Made by a program: the position numbers and the translations under genes. DNA of 64,000 bases, taken from contig CAXXVO010000008.1 of the NCBI GenBank assembly GCA_963422645.2, positions 288,001-352,000 of the forward strand, read 5' to 3'. Below are positions 9,764 through 18,838 of the stretch, piece by piece (position 1 is the stretch's first letter; each line of letters opens with the position of its first letter). This DNA is from Alphaproteobacteria bacterium. Its GTDB lineage: Bacteria; Pseudomonadota; Alphaproteobacteria; UBA828. The notes under the pieces were generated by a model, which did not search any database, was not told the DNA's origin, and saw only the letters and a program-made list of their open reading frames with translations.

Positions 9764-10664
9764 GAGCAGAGGCGTGACGTGCGGGAGGACTTGGATCTAA
9801 CCCCTTCGCCGTCGCTGCCTCCCGGACCTGGGCGCGAATCCAATCCAGCCATGCCGCCATTCCCTCTCCGCTCCGGGCGGAGAGACGGATCTCGGCGATG
9901 GCCGGGTTCACCCTCCGGGCGTACTCGAGCGCCCGGTCCGGGTCGAAGTCCACGTGCGTCAGGAGATCTGTCTTGCTGAGCAGCATCAAATCGGCCGCTG
10001 CGAACATATCGGGATACTTGATCGGCTTGTCCTCGCCCTCGGTCACCGAAAGGATGACCACCTTGCATGCTTCGCCGAGGTCGAAGGCCGCCGGGCACAC
10101 CAGATTGCCCACGTTCTCGATGAAGACGACGCCGCCCGGAGCGAGCGGCAGGTCATCCAGCGCGTGCCCGACCATGTGCGCATCCAGATGGCAGCCCCGG
10201 CCGGTGTTGATCTGCACCGCCGGCACGGCACACGCTCTGATGCGCTCCGCGTCGTTGCTGGTCTCCTGGTCTCCTTCCACCACCCCGATCGGCAGCGTGC
10301 CCTCTAGTGCCGTGATGGTCTCGACCAGTAGAGTGGTCTTGCCCCCGCCTGGGCTCGACATCAGGTTGAGCGCCAGCACCCCCTGCTCGGAGAGCCGGCG
10401 CCGGTTGGCGGCAGCATCCGCGTCGTTGCGGGAGAGGATGTCCCGCTCGATCTCGACGAGGCGCTCCTGGGAGAATCCCGGTACGGAGAGCCCGGCTTCT
10501 CCCGCCCCGTAATGGTCGTGAGCGTGACCGTGGCGGTGTCCGTCACCGGATCCGTCGTGGGAGTGATGGTGATGGGTGTGGGTGTGATGGTGGCCCGAAC
10601 GCTCACCGTGAGCGTGACCCTGGTCGCCCGCAGTAACATCGCCGCATCCGCATACCGAGCACAT
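9756..10664 (-). CDS. hypB: Nickel-incorporation GTPase HypB
   Basis: MCSVCGC, His-rich tract, [40 protein letters not shown]. Confidence 0.97.
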   Translation of the reverse strand: MCSVCGCGDVTAGDQGHAHGERSGHHHTHTHHHHSHDGSGDGHRHGHAHDHYGAGEAGLSVPGFSQERLVEIERDILSRNDADAAANRRRLSEQGVLALNLMSSPGGGKTTLLVETITALEGTLPIGVVEGDQETSNDAERIRACAVPAVQINTGRGCHLDAHMVGHALDDLPLAPGGVVFIENVGNLVCPAAFDLGEACKVVILSVTEGEDKPIKYPDMFAAADLMLLSKTDLLTHVDFDPDRALEYARRVNPAIAEIRLSARSGEGMAAWLDWIRAQVREAATAKGLDPSPPARHASAHA

Positions 10665-10932
10665 GAGCGCCTCCGCACGAAGGGTCCGTCAGAGTCCTGA
10701 CGGGGGATCGAAGAACTGATGGAGTTGAAGGGGCAGGTTACTTGGCAGGCAATGCGTGAATCAAGCGAACCTCGGTCGGGCTGACGTGGCCGATCACGTG
10801 CGCCGCGGCACGTGTGCACGAGGGGATGGCGTGTGCTATTCAGCCTGGGGCCTCCGTCGGCGGACGGCGGCCTCGAACTGGGTGCCTTGCGTCCCGCCGC
10901 ACTCGCTCTAGTCGCGCAGAGGGCCACCATTC

Positions 10933-12000
10933 ATGACCGAATCCCGCACCTCCGCTTGGGAGTTCGTGCCCCACCAGCATCGGGGCCCGAAGCAACAGGC
11001 GGGCGACGACGACCATATCCGCTCGCCCAAGCTGCACAACGGCTCCTTCAAGTCGAGCGGTATCGCGACCTTCCTCGGCGCCCCCTACTGTCCGCCGGAC
11101 CGTCATGCGATCCGCGCCATGGGGGCCAAGATCTGCTTCCTCGGCGTTCCCTGGGATCAGGGACAGATGGTGCGCGCCGGCACCTCGCAAGGCCCGGCCG
11201 GCCTGCGCGAAGCCTCGACCCAGTATTTTCCCTACATGTTCGAGTACGACGTCGACCTGGTCAGCGTCTTCCAGCCGGTCGACTGCGGCGACGTTCCGAT
11301 CGTGCCGGGCAACAACGACCTCTCCCACGAGTACATCCACCAGTACATCACCGAATGCCTGGAAGGCGGCGCCAAGGTCATCTTCTGTGGCGGCGACCAC
11401 TCTGCGCCGATCCCGGGCTCCCGTGCGCTTTCGGATTTCCACCGGGAGGGCCGCATCGGCTATCTGCACATCGATTGCCATCTCGACTCCGCGCCGGATT
11501 GGGGCGGCATCGACAACACCAACTGCTCGGGCCCTTCGCGCGCGTTCGATCTGCCCAACTGCGACGGCGCCAACATGGCCCACATGGGCTCGCGCAACGG
11601 GCTCAACCCGAAGGACTGGTACGACTTCTACGTCGACAACGACGTCCGCCTCATCCCCATGATGGAGGTGGTCGAGCGCGGCGTCGAAAGCTGCACCCGG
11701 GAGATTTTCGAGCTCGCCTGGAAGGGCACGGATGCCGTCTATTGCTCCTGGGACACCGACTCGCTGGACGCCGGCTGCATGCCCGGCACGACAGCGCCGG
11801 AATGCTTCGGCATCAAGTCCCGGGAGGCGATTCAGCTCGCCCGTATCGCCGGCACCTACGGCGCCGACGTCCTGGAGATTTCCGAGCTCTGTCCCCAGTT
11901 CGACGTGAGCCAGATGAGCACCAAGCTCGCGTGCTGCATGATCTACCACTACCTCGGCAGCCGGGCCCAAACACTCCGGGAGCAGGGGATCGCGCCATGA
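10933..12000 (+). CDS. Ureohydrolase (agmatinase/arginase family), catalytic subunit; MfmA-like
   Basis: All six metal ligands present: GGDHS, DCHLD, WDTD; also ELCP. N-terminus PHQHRGP...SPKLHNGSFK resembles metformin hydrolase MfmA as recalled (not aligned). Confidence 0.9.
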   Translation: MTESRTSAWEFVPHQHRGPKQQAGDDDHIRSPKLHNGSFKSSGIATFLGAPYCPPDRHAIRAMGAKICFLGVPWDQGQMVRAGTSQGPAGLREASTQYFPYMFEYDVDLVSVFQPVDCGDVPIVPGNNDLSHEYIHQYITECLEGGAKVIFCGGDHSAPIPGSRALSDFHREGRIGYLHIDCHLDSAPDWGGIDNTNCSGPSRAFDLPNCDGANMAHMGSRNGLNPKDWYDFYVDNDVRLIPMMEVVERGVESCTREIFELAWKGTDAVYCSWDTDSLDAGCMPGTTAPECFGIKSREAIQLARIAGTYGADVLEISELCPQFDVSQMSTKLACCMIYHYLGSRAQTLREQGIAP

Positions 12001-12040
12001 ACGCACCGACCTCGAATCACGAAGAGAAGGGGACAGAGGA

Positions 12041-13075
12041 ATGAACCCCGCCAAGGCCTACGCACACCTCTTCTCGCCTCTGGGAGGCGACGAGGCCGAC
12101 AACTACCGTGCCCCGGGGCAGATCACCTTCCTGCGTTCCGAGCACGTCGCGCTGGAGGCGGAGAAGCTGCGCGAGGTCAGCGCCCGCTATGCATTCGTCG
12201 GCGTGCCCTTCGACGAGGGCAATATCGGCAAGCCCGGCTCCGAAGAGGGACCGCGGGAGTTTCGGCTGGCCTCCCAGGAGTACTTCCCCTACTGGTTCGA
12301 GTATCAGGTCGATCTTAACGGTAGCAGCGTCGACTGCGGCGACGTGCAGATGCCCAAGGTCAACCCGGAGCTCTCGCGCCAACGCATCTACAAGGCGGTG
12401 CGAGAGATCCTCGCCGCGGGCCTGACCCCCATCATCTGCGGCGGCGATCGCTCGCTTTCCATCCCCGCGACCCAGGCGCTTTCGGATCACATCGGCGCCG
12501 ACAAGAAGATGGGCTACCTGCATTTCGGTGCTCACCTGGATCTTGCCGACACCTGGGCCGGCGAGAGGAACCTCAGCACCTGCGCGCTCTCCCGCATCAC
12601 TGAGCTCCCCAACCTGGCGAGCGACAACGTGAGCCACTTCGGCGCGCGCAACTCGCTCAACCCCAAGGACTGGATCGATCTGGCTCGGGAACGCGGGATT
12701 CGCTTCTTCCCCATGTTCGAGATCCTGGAGCGCGGGGTCGACGATGTGGCGGCGGAAGCCATCGGCCGGGCATGGGACGGCACCGACGCCCAATACGTGA
12801 GCTTCAACTTCAATGTGATGGACGCTTCGATGGCGCCGGGCGTGACGGCGGCGGAGCCGGGTGGCATCGAATCGCGAGAGATGATGCGGATCGCCGGCCT
12901 GCTCGGCGCCCGCGGCGGCGTTAGCGTCATCGATATCTCCGAGCTCTGCCCGATCTTCGACGTGAGCGGCACGACCTCCCGGCTCGCGGTCTGTGTCGTG
13001 CTGCGCACCCTGGCGGCGCTCGCCCAGTCGCGCGGCGAGCAGGTCGACCAGGCAATCAAACGGCCCAGCGACTAA
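12041..13075 (+). CDS. Ureohydrolase-fold non-catalytic subunit; MfmB-like
   Basis: Ligand motifs degenerate to GGDRS, GAHLD, FNFN; N-terminus MNPAKAYAHLFSPLGG resembles MfmB as recalled. Confidence 0.88.
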   Translation: MNPAKAYAHLFSPLGGDEADNYRAPGQITFLRSEHVALEAEKLREVSARYAFVGVPFDEGNIGKPGSEEGPREFRLASQEYFPYWFEYQVDLNGSSVDCGDVQMPKVNPELSRQRIYKAVREILAAGLTPIICGGDRSLSIPATQALSDHIGADKKMGYLHFGAHLDLADTWAGERNLSTCALSRITELPNLASDNVSHFGARNSLNPKDWIDLARERGIRFFPMFEILERGVDDVAAEAIGRAWDGTDAQYVSFNFNVMDASMAPGVTAAEPGGIESREMMRIAGLLGARGGVSVIDISELCPIFDVSGTTSRLAVCVVLRTLAALAQSRGEQVDQAIKRPSD

Positions 13076-13141
13076 CCCGTCGCATCGGCCGGCTGCAACT
13101 GTCCCGTCCAGGGGGCCCGCTCCAGGCCAAGGGGGACGGAC

Positions 13142-13975
13142 ATGCACATCGCCTGCCTGACCTTCGACTTCGATGCCGTCTCGGGCTTCATCGCCCAGGG
13201 CCTGCGCTCACCGACGCCGATCAGCCGGGGCGAGTTCGGCCTGGTCGGTGCCGATCGCATCCTGGACCTGCTCAGGCAGCACGACATTCCGACGACCTGG
13301 TTCATCCCCGGTCACACCATCGAGACCTATCCTGAGATGTCCGTCCGCATCACGATTGCAGGACATGAGATCGGCCATCACGGCTGGACCCACATGACTC
13401 CCGTCACCATGTCGCGCGACGAGGAGGAGGCGGGGCTCCAGCGCGGCACCGATGCCATCGTCAAGCTGTGCGGGCAGAAACCCAGAGGCTACCGCTCGCC
13501 CGCCTGGGACCTGAGCGAGAACACGATAGACCTGCTGGTCTCGCGCGGCTTCCTCTACGAGAGCAGCATGATGGGGAACGACTACACCCCCTATTTCGCA
13601 CGCTCGGGCGACGTGGTCGCGCTCGAAGAGCCCATGCAACTCGGGCCCGAGACCAGCCTGGTCGAGATGCCCATCAGCTGGACCCTGGACGACTACCCGC
13701 ACTTCGAATACGTGCGCAACGCACGCTACAGCATGCAGGGCCTGATGCCGGCCGGCGGCGTGCTGCAGAACTGGGTGGACGACTTCGACTACATGACCCG
13801 CACGATGGAATGGGGCGTGCTCACCTACACCTGCCATCCCTTCGTGATCGGCCGCGGCCACCGCATGATGATGCTGGAGCGGCTGATCGAGGCGCTCCGG
13901 GGGCTGGGCGCGGTCTTCATGACCATGGAGGACGCCGCGAACGCCTGGCTGGAGCGCACTAGGCCCTCAGGCTGA
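13142..13975 (+). CDS. Polysaccharide deacetylase (CE4) family, PuuE/HpPgdA-like amidohydrolase
   Basis: LTFDFD, HEIGHHGWTH, GYRSPAW, HPFVIGR motifs; no signal peptide. Confidence 0.88.
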   Translation: MHIACLTFDFDAVSGFIAQGLRSPTPISRGEFGLVGADRILDLLRQHDIPTTWFIPGHTIETYPEMSVRITIAGHEIGHHGWTHMTPVTMSRDEEEAGLQRGTDAIVKLCGQKPRGYRSPAWDLSENTIDLLVSRGFLYESSMMGNDYTPYFARSGDVVALEEPMQLGPETSLVEMPISWTLDDYPHFEYVRNARYSMQGLMPAGGVLQNWVDDFDYMTRTMEWGVLTYTCHPFVIGRGHRMMMLERLIEALRGLGAVFMTMEDAANAWLERTRPSG

Positions 13976-15562
13976 TGCGCGGATCATCTCGGCCACTTTC
14001 TCGCCGATCATGACGCAGGTCGCGAGGGGATTGCCGCTGACGATGGTCGGCATGATCGAGGCGTCCGCGACAAGGAGGTTCTCGAGCCCCCGCACGCGCA
14101 GGCGGTGATCGACCACTGCTAGCTCGTCCCGGCCCATCTTGCAGGTGCCGACCGGGTGGTATCCGCTGAGCGAGTTCTCGCGCAGGTAGGCGCGCCACTC
14201 GTCGTCCGTTTGCACCTCGCTCGAAGGGCGGTAGTCGCCGGCGATGGACTTGGCGAGCGGCTCGGTCTGGAACAGTTTGCGCTGCAGCTTGGCGCCGGCG
14301 AGCAGTAGTTCGAGGTCGCGTTCGTCGGCGAAGAGGTTTGGTTGAATCGTCGAATGCGTGAGCGGGTCCGCGGAACGGAGCCCGACCCGCCCTCGGGAGA
14401 AGGGCCTGAGCAGGTTGATGAGGCCCGTGACCGCCGGCCGGTCGAAGAGGACCGGCCCGTCCGCCGACAAATCGTAGCCGGCGGGCGTGAACATGTATTG
14501 AAGGTCGGAGCGGCCCTCGCTCCCGTCAACTCGGAGGAACGCCGTGACCTGGGCGTGGGGCGAGGCCGCCGGGCCGGAGCCCGCAAGCAGCCATTGTGCG
14601 CCGTAGAGCAGCGCGCCCACGGGGCCCATCAGCGTGTTGTAGGTCGGCACGCTTGCAAAGCAGGTCTGCGCAAGGCCCGGGTGATCGTGCAGGTTCTCGC
14701 CCACGCCCGGCAGATCGTGAACCACCGGAATGTCGAACGTGGGCAAGTGCGCCGCCGGGCCTACGCCCGAGAGCATGAGGAGCTGCGGCGAAGCATACGT
14801 ACCGGCGCACATGATCACCGCGCGCGTCGCCGCCGCCCGCTCGGTGCGCTCCCGGCGCATGTATTCAACCCCGGTCGCGCGCTTGCCGTCGAAGAGCACG
14901 CGCCGGATGTGGGCGTGAGTCAGCACCCGCAGGTTGCGCCGCCGCATCGCCGGCCTGAGGTAGGCGCGCCCCGTGCTGTGCCGCCGCCCCCTGCGCTGGG
15001 TGGCGGGCACGTAGCCGACGCCGGCCTGCGGCGGCGTGTTGATATCGGCCACGCGCTTGATACCCAAGTTGACGCAGGCCTGGAGATAGTCGTCCGAGAG
15101 CGGGTGCAGGCTGCGGATGTTGGAGACCGAGAGCGGGCCGCCCGCTCCGTGATAGGCATCGGCGCCGTTCTCGTTGTTCTCCGAGCGCTTGAAGTAGGGC
15201 AGCACGCTCTCGAAGTCCCAGCCCTCGCACCCGAGCGCGGCCCAGCCGTCGTAGTCCTCCGGCTGACCCCTGACGTACGACATGCCGTTGATCGCGCTGG
15301 TGCCGCCCAGCACCTTGCCGCGCGGCATGTAGTCCTCGCGCCCGCCGCGCGTCGGATCGGGCTCGGCCTTGAAGCCCCAGTCGTAGCGCGGATTGGACAA
15401 TGCCAGGACAAGCCCTGCGGCGGGCATCGAGACGGCGATGCTCCGGTCCGAGCCGCCGGCCTCCAGTACCAGCACGCGGCTGCGCCCGTCCTCCGTCAAG
15501 CGGTTGGCGACGACGCTGCCGGTCGTCCCCGCACCCACGACGATGTAATCCCACGTCACCAT
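13967..15562 (-). CDS. GMC family FAD oxidoreductase (choline dehydrogenase-like)
   Basis: DYIVVGAGTTG, PRGKVLGGTSAING, VGENLHDH, YHPVGTCKMG motifs. Confidence 0.93.
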   Translation of the reverse strand: MVTWDYIVVGAGTTGSVVANRLTEDGRSRVLVLEAGGSDRSIAVSMPAAGLVLALSNPRYDWGFKAEPDPTRGGREDYMPRGKVLGGTSAINGMSYVRGQPEDYDGWAALGCEGWDFESVLPYFKRSENNENGADAYHGAGGPLSVSNIRSLHPLSDDYLQACVNLGIKRVADINTPPQAGVGYVPATQRRGRRHSTGRAYLRPAMRRRNLRVLTHAHIRRVLFDGKRATGVEYMRRERTERAAATRAVIMCAGTYASPQLLMLSGVGPAAHLPTFDIPVVHDLPGVGENLHDHPGLAQTCFASVPTYNTLMGPVGALLYGAQWLLAGSGPAASPHAQVTAFLRVDGSEGRSDLQYMFTPAGYDLSADGPVLFDRPAVTGLINLLRPFSRGRVGLRSADPLTHSTIQPNLFADERDLELLLAGAKLQRKLFQTEPLAKSIAGDYRPSSEVQTDDEWRAYLRENSLSGYHPVGTCKMGRDELAVVDHRLRVRGLENLLVADASIMPTIVSGNPLATCVMIGEKVAEMIRASA

Positions 15563-15805
15563 CGCCTCCCCGCGATCCCGCCCCGCGCCGGATTTGCGCG
15601 CACACCTCCCTGAAAATGGAGACTGCGGGCCCCGGCGTTTGGACATAGGGTCAGACTTCCTGACCTCGTGATGCTGGCTGTTCTGGGCAGCGTGCCGGGA
15701 ACTCCTTGAATTCTGATACATTTCGGTTGTTTCAGGCGGTTTTTCGCTGGGTGTCGCGCCCGAGGTCTGATAGTATAATTTGATACCAATTGCACGGTCT
15801 CAACC

Positions 15806-16120
15806 ATGCCCAGTACCCTCCCAATGTGCCCTCCAGAGGCGGTCTCGATCGGCAACAGCTGCTTCGCCGTCCTGATCTCGGACGACACCTTCACCTACTT
15901 TTCCAACCTCATTCCCTTTGACAGCCACGCCGCCGATGACCGCACGGCCATGCTCTTGCGGATCGGCCGCCTCGCGGCGATCAGCGCGGTCTCGCCGCAG
16001 GAACTGGCTGACGCTTTCGCTGTCTCGCGCGCGACGGTGCAGCGCGCACGACGGCGCTACCTGGCCGAGGGCGAAGCGGGGTTCATGAAGCCCCGGCGCG
16101 GTCGCGGGCCGTCGGTGTGT
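15806..16120 (+). pseudogene. N-terminal HTH fragment of the outer-element transposase
   Basis: SPQELADAFAVSRATVQRARRRYLAEGEAGF helix-turn-helix; cut at the IS21 left end. Confidence 0.7.
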
Positions 16121-16236
16121 TGTTAAGCGTGGAAAAGTGACCCCCTATTGGGGGTGATCGGCGTCCAAAATTGACCCCCTTGGATTTGTGTCCATGAACA
16201 CACCTCGTCGTTTGGACGGACGGGGTGGTGGGGGAG

Positions 16237-17751
16237 ATGCTGGTTGTGGAAACGATCGCGAAGATCCGTCGGGATCATCTGGTGAAGGGCGTTCCGATCA
16301 AGAAGCTCGCCCGGGATTTGAGGGTTTCCAAGAACACGATACGCAAGGTGGTGCGGGGCGATGCGACCTCGCACAGCTACGAGCGCAAGATCCAGCCGAT
16401 GCCGAAGCTTGGGCTGTGGGTGGAGGAGCTTGAGCGCCAGCTGAAGGCCAACGAGAAGAAGGCACGCAAGGATCGGCTGTCTCTTCTGCGGATTCATGAA
16501 GACCTTGTGTCGCTGGGCTACAAGGGCGGCTATGACGCGGTTCGCCGCTATGCCAGGGCCTGGCGGCGCCGGTGGCGGCTGTTGTCGCCGGCGCAGGCCT
16601 ATGTGCCGCTGATCTTCGATCCCGGCGAGGCCTACCAGTTCGACTGGAGCCACGAGTACGCGCGTCTGTCGGGCGCGACGACCAGGGTGAAGGCGGCGCA
16701 CATGCGGCTGTGCCACAGCCGGATGTATCTGGTCCAGATCTTTCCCCGCGAGAGCCAGGAGATGGTCTTCGAGGCGCACGAGCGTGCCTTCCGCTTCTTC
16801 GGCGGGGTCTGCCGGCGGGGCATCTACGACAACATGAAGACGGCGGTGAGCACGATCTTCGTGGGCAAGAAGCGGGACTACAACCGCCGCTTCCAGGAGC
16901 TGTGCTCGCACCATCTGGTGGAGCCTGTGGCGTGCACGCCAGGGGCTGGCTGGGAGAAGGGGCAGGTCGAGAAGCAGGTGGGTGACCTTCGCGGCCGCCT
17001 GTTCGTGCCCATCCCGCGGGGCCGCTCCTACGCCGAGATCAACGAGTGGCTGATGGATCGGTGCATCGAGGACGCCAAGAAGCATCCGCATCCGACAATC
17101 CCGGGCAAGACGGTGTGGCAGGTGTTCGAGGAGGAGCAGCCCTTCCTGATGGCGTATCGCGGCCCCTTCGACGGCTTCCATGCCAGCGAGGTGTCGGTCT
17201 CGAAGACCTGTCTGGTGCGCTTCGACAACAACCAGTACAGCGTCGCGGCCCGCGCCGTCGGCCGGCCGGTGGACGTGCGGGCCTATGCCGATCGGATCGT
17301 CATCCGCCAGGACGGCGAGACCGTTGCCGAGCACCCCCGCAGCTTCGGGCGCGGCCGGTTCGTCTACGATCCGTGGCATTACGTGCCGATCCTGACGCGG
17401 AAGCCCGGCGCGCTACGCAATGGCGCGCCCTTCAAGGACTGGCAGTTGCCCAACGCGCTCGGCCGCCTGCGAACCCGGCTCGCGGGCCACGACGACGGCG
17501 ACCGGCAGTTCGTCAAGGTGCTCGCGGCGGTGCTGGAGGACGGACTGGAGGCGGTTGAGGCGGCCTGTGCCGAGACGCTCGACTGCGGTGCCTGCAGCGC
17601 CGACGTGGTGCTCAACATCCTCGCCCGGCAGCGCCAGCCGGCACCGCCGGCAATCATCCCGACGCCCGAGGGCCTGCAGCTTCGCCACAAGCCGGTAGCC
17701 GACTGTCAGCGCTACGACAGCCTGAGGGAGGCCGGTCATGGAGCGTCATGA
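16237..17751 (+). CDS. istA: IS21 transposase IstA
   Basis: [24 protein letters not shown] (DDE residues). Confidence 0.95.
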   Translation: MLVVETIAKIRRDHLVKGVPIKKLARDLRVSKNTIRKVVRGDATSHSYERKIQPMPKLGLWVEELERQLKANEKKARKDRLSLLRIHEDLVSLGYKGGYDAVRRYARAWRRRWRLLSPAQAYVPLIFDPGEAYQFDWSHEYARLSGATTRVKAAHMRLCHSRMYLVQIFPRESQEMVFEAHERAFRFFGGVCRRGIYDNMKTAVSTIFVGKKRDYNRRFQELCSHHLVEPVACTPGAGWEKGQVEKQVGDLRGRLFVPIPRGRSYAEINEWLMDRCIEDAKKHPHPTIPGKTVWQVFEEEQPFLMAYRGPFDGFHASEVSVSKTCLVRFDNNQYSVAARAVGRPVDVRAYADRIVIRQDGETVAEHPRSFGRGRFVYDPWHYVPILTRKPGALRNGAPFKDWQLPNALGRLRTRLAGHDDGDRQFVKVLAAVLEDGLEAVEAACAETLDCGACSADVVLNILARQRQPAPPAIIPTPEGLQLRHKPVADCQRYDSLREAGHGAS

Positions 17752-18466
17752 TGTGCTGGAGATGATGACCCAGCTGAAGCTCGCAGGTATGCGCGCCGCT
17801 TACGACGACATCCTTGCCGACGGGCTCAAGCGCCGCCATCCGGTGCAACAGATCATCGGTACGCTGCTGCAGGTCGAGATCGCCGACAAGAGGGCCCGCT
17901 CGATCAAGTACCAGATGGCCTCCGCCAAGCTGCCGACGGTCAAGGAGCTGGCCGACTTCGACTTCGCCGCCTCGCCGGTCAACGAGCCCCTGATCCAGGA
18001 GCTCGCCGGCGGCGGCTTCCTCGAGGGCAAACGCAACATCGTGCTGGTCGGCGGCACCGGTACCGGCAAGACCCATCTCGCCGTCGCCATCGCGCGGTCC
18101 TGCATCCGCAAGGGCGCGCGCGGCCGGTGCTACAACGTCGTCGACCTGGTCAACCTCCTCGAGGCCGAGCTTCGCGCCGGACGCCAGGGCCGCACTGCAG
18201 ACCAGCTCGTCCGCCGCGACTTCGTCATCCTCGACGAGCTCGGCTACCTGCCCTTCGCCCAGGCCGGTGGGCAGCTGCTCTTCCATCTGATGAGCCGGCT
18301 CTACGAGCGCACCTCGATCGTCATCACCACAAACCTCGCCTTCGGCGAATGGCCATCCGTCTTCGGCGACCCCAAGATGACCACAGCGCTGCTCGATCGC
18401 CTCACCCATCATTGCGAGATCATCGAGACCGGCAACGAGAGCTGGCGCTTCAAGAACCGCTCCTGA
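17738..18466 (+). CDS. istB: IS21 helper ATPase IstB
   Basis: [29 protein letters not shown]. Confidence 0.96.
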   Translation: MERHDVLEMMTQLKLAGMRAAYDDILADGLKRRHPVQQIIGTLLQVEIADKRARSIKYQMASAKLPTVKELADFDFAASPVNEPLIQELAGGGFLEGKRNIVLVGGTGTGKTHLAVAIARSCIRKGARGRCYNVVDLVNLLEAELRAGRQGRTADQLVRRDFVILDELGYLPFAQAGGQLLFHLMSRLYERTSIVITTNLAFGEWPSVFGDPKMTTALLDRLTHHCEIIETGNESWRFKNRS

Positions 18467-18669
18467 CCCGCCGCCGGCCTCCCTTGCGGCCCGGTTGCCC
18501 CGGTGGGCCAACAGGGACCCCCCACGCGGCTTCGCTCCGCGTAGCGCAGGGCGCCACACGAAGCCGCGCGGGTCCCCCCTATTGGCTACCGGGACAACCT
18601 CCGCCGTGCCACTCAGGGGGGTCAATTTTGCACGCCGATCGGGGGTCAGTATTGAAAGCCGATTGACAC

Positions 18670-18747
18670 ATAGTCTACGACATCGACGGGGCCTCGGAAT
18701 CCGCGCGGCTCGTGTCACCTAAAATCAGCAGAGGTCAGGAAGTCTGA
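18670..18747 (+). pseudogene. C-terminal remnant of the outer-element transposase
   Basis: Open frame IVYDIDGASESARLVSPKISRGQEV*, with its stop codon inside the right TIR. Confidence 0.55.
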
Positions 18748-18838
18748 GGGTACTCCGGTTGCGCCGCTCCACGCAGGCGAATCCGGCGATCGCGTCCGGC
18801 GGGGGCAGGCAGGGACATCGGGATGGCAGGGAACCGGT

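Larger units (their letters stand above)
16121..18668 (+). mobile_element. IS21 family insertion sequence
   Basis: Ends TGTTAAGCG... and ...CGATTGACA, with internal GATCGGCGT.CAAAATTGACCCC repeats at both ends; contains istA and istB; no target duplication. Confidence 0.93.
15651..18747 (+). mobile_element. Defective IS with perfect 17-bp TIRs (family uncertain, ISNCY-like), interrupted by IS21
   Basis: TCAGACTTCCTGACCTC (15651-15667) and its exact reverse complement (18731-18747); GGG on both flanks. Confidence 0.8.

Noticed and set aside
10512-10620. GTG/ATG-rich low-complexity repeat
   Set aside because: It encodes the His-rich nickel-binding tract of HypB on the minus strand.
9323-10664. 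Hydrogenase maturation cluster
   Set aside because: No hypCDEF or hydrogenase subunits in the window; linkage to the ureohydrolase explains hypAB better.
10665-10932. Guanidine riboswitch upstream of the ureohydrolase or hypB
   Set aside because: Hairpins exist (CCGTCAG/CTGACGG and CCGTC/GACGG), but I see no paired ACGR-loop hairpins or ykkC-type 3' motif; an Infernal/Rfam scan would settle it.
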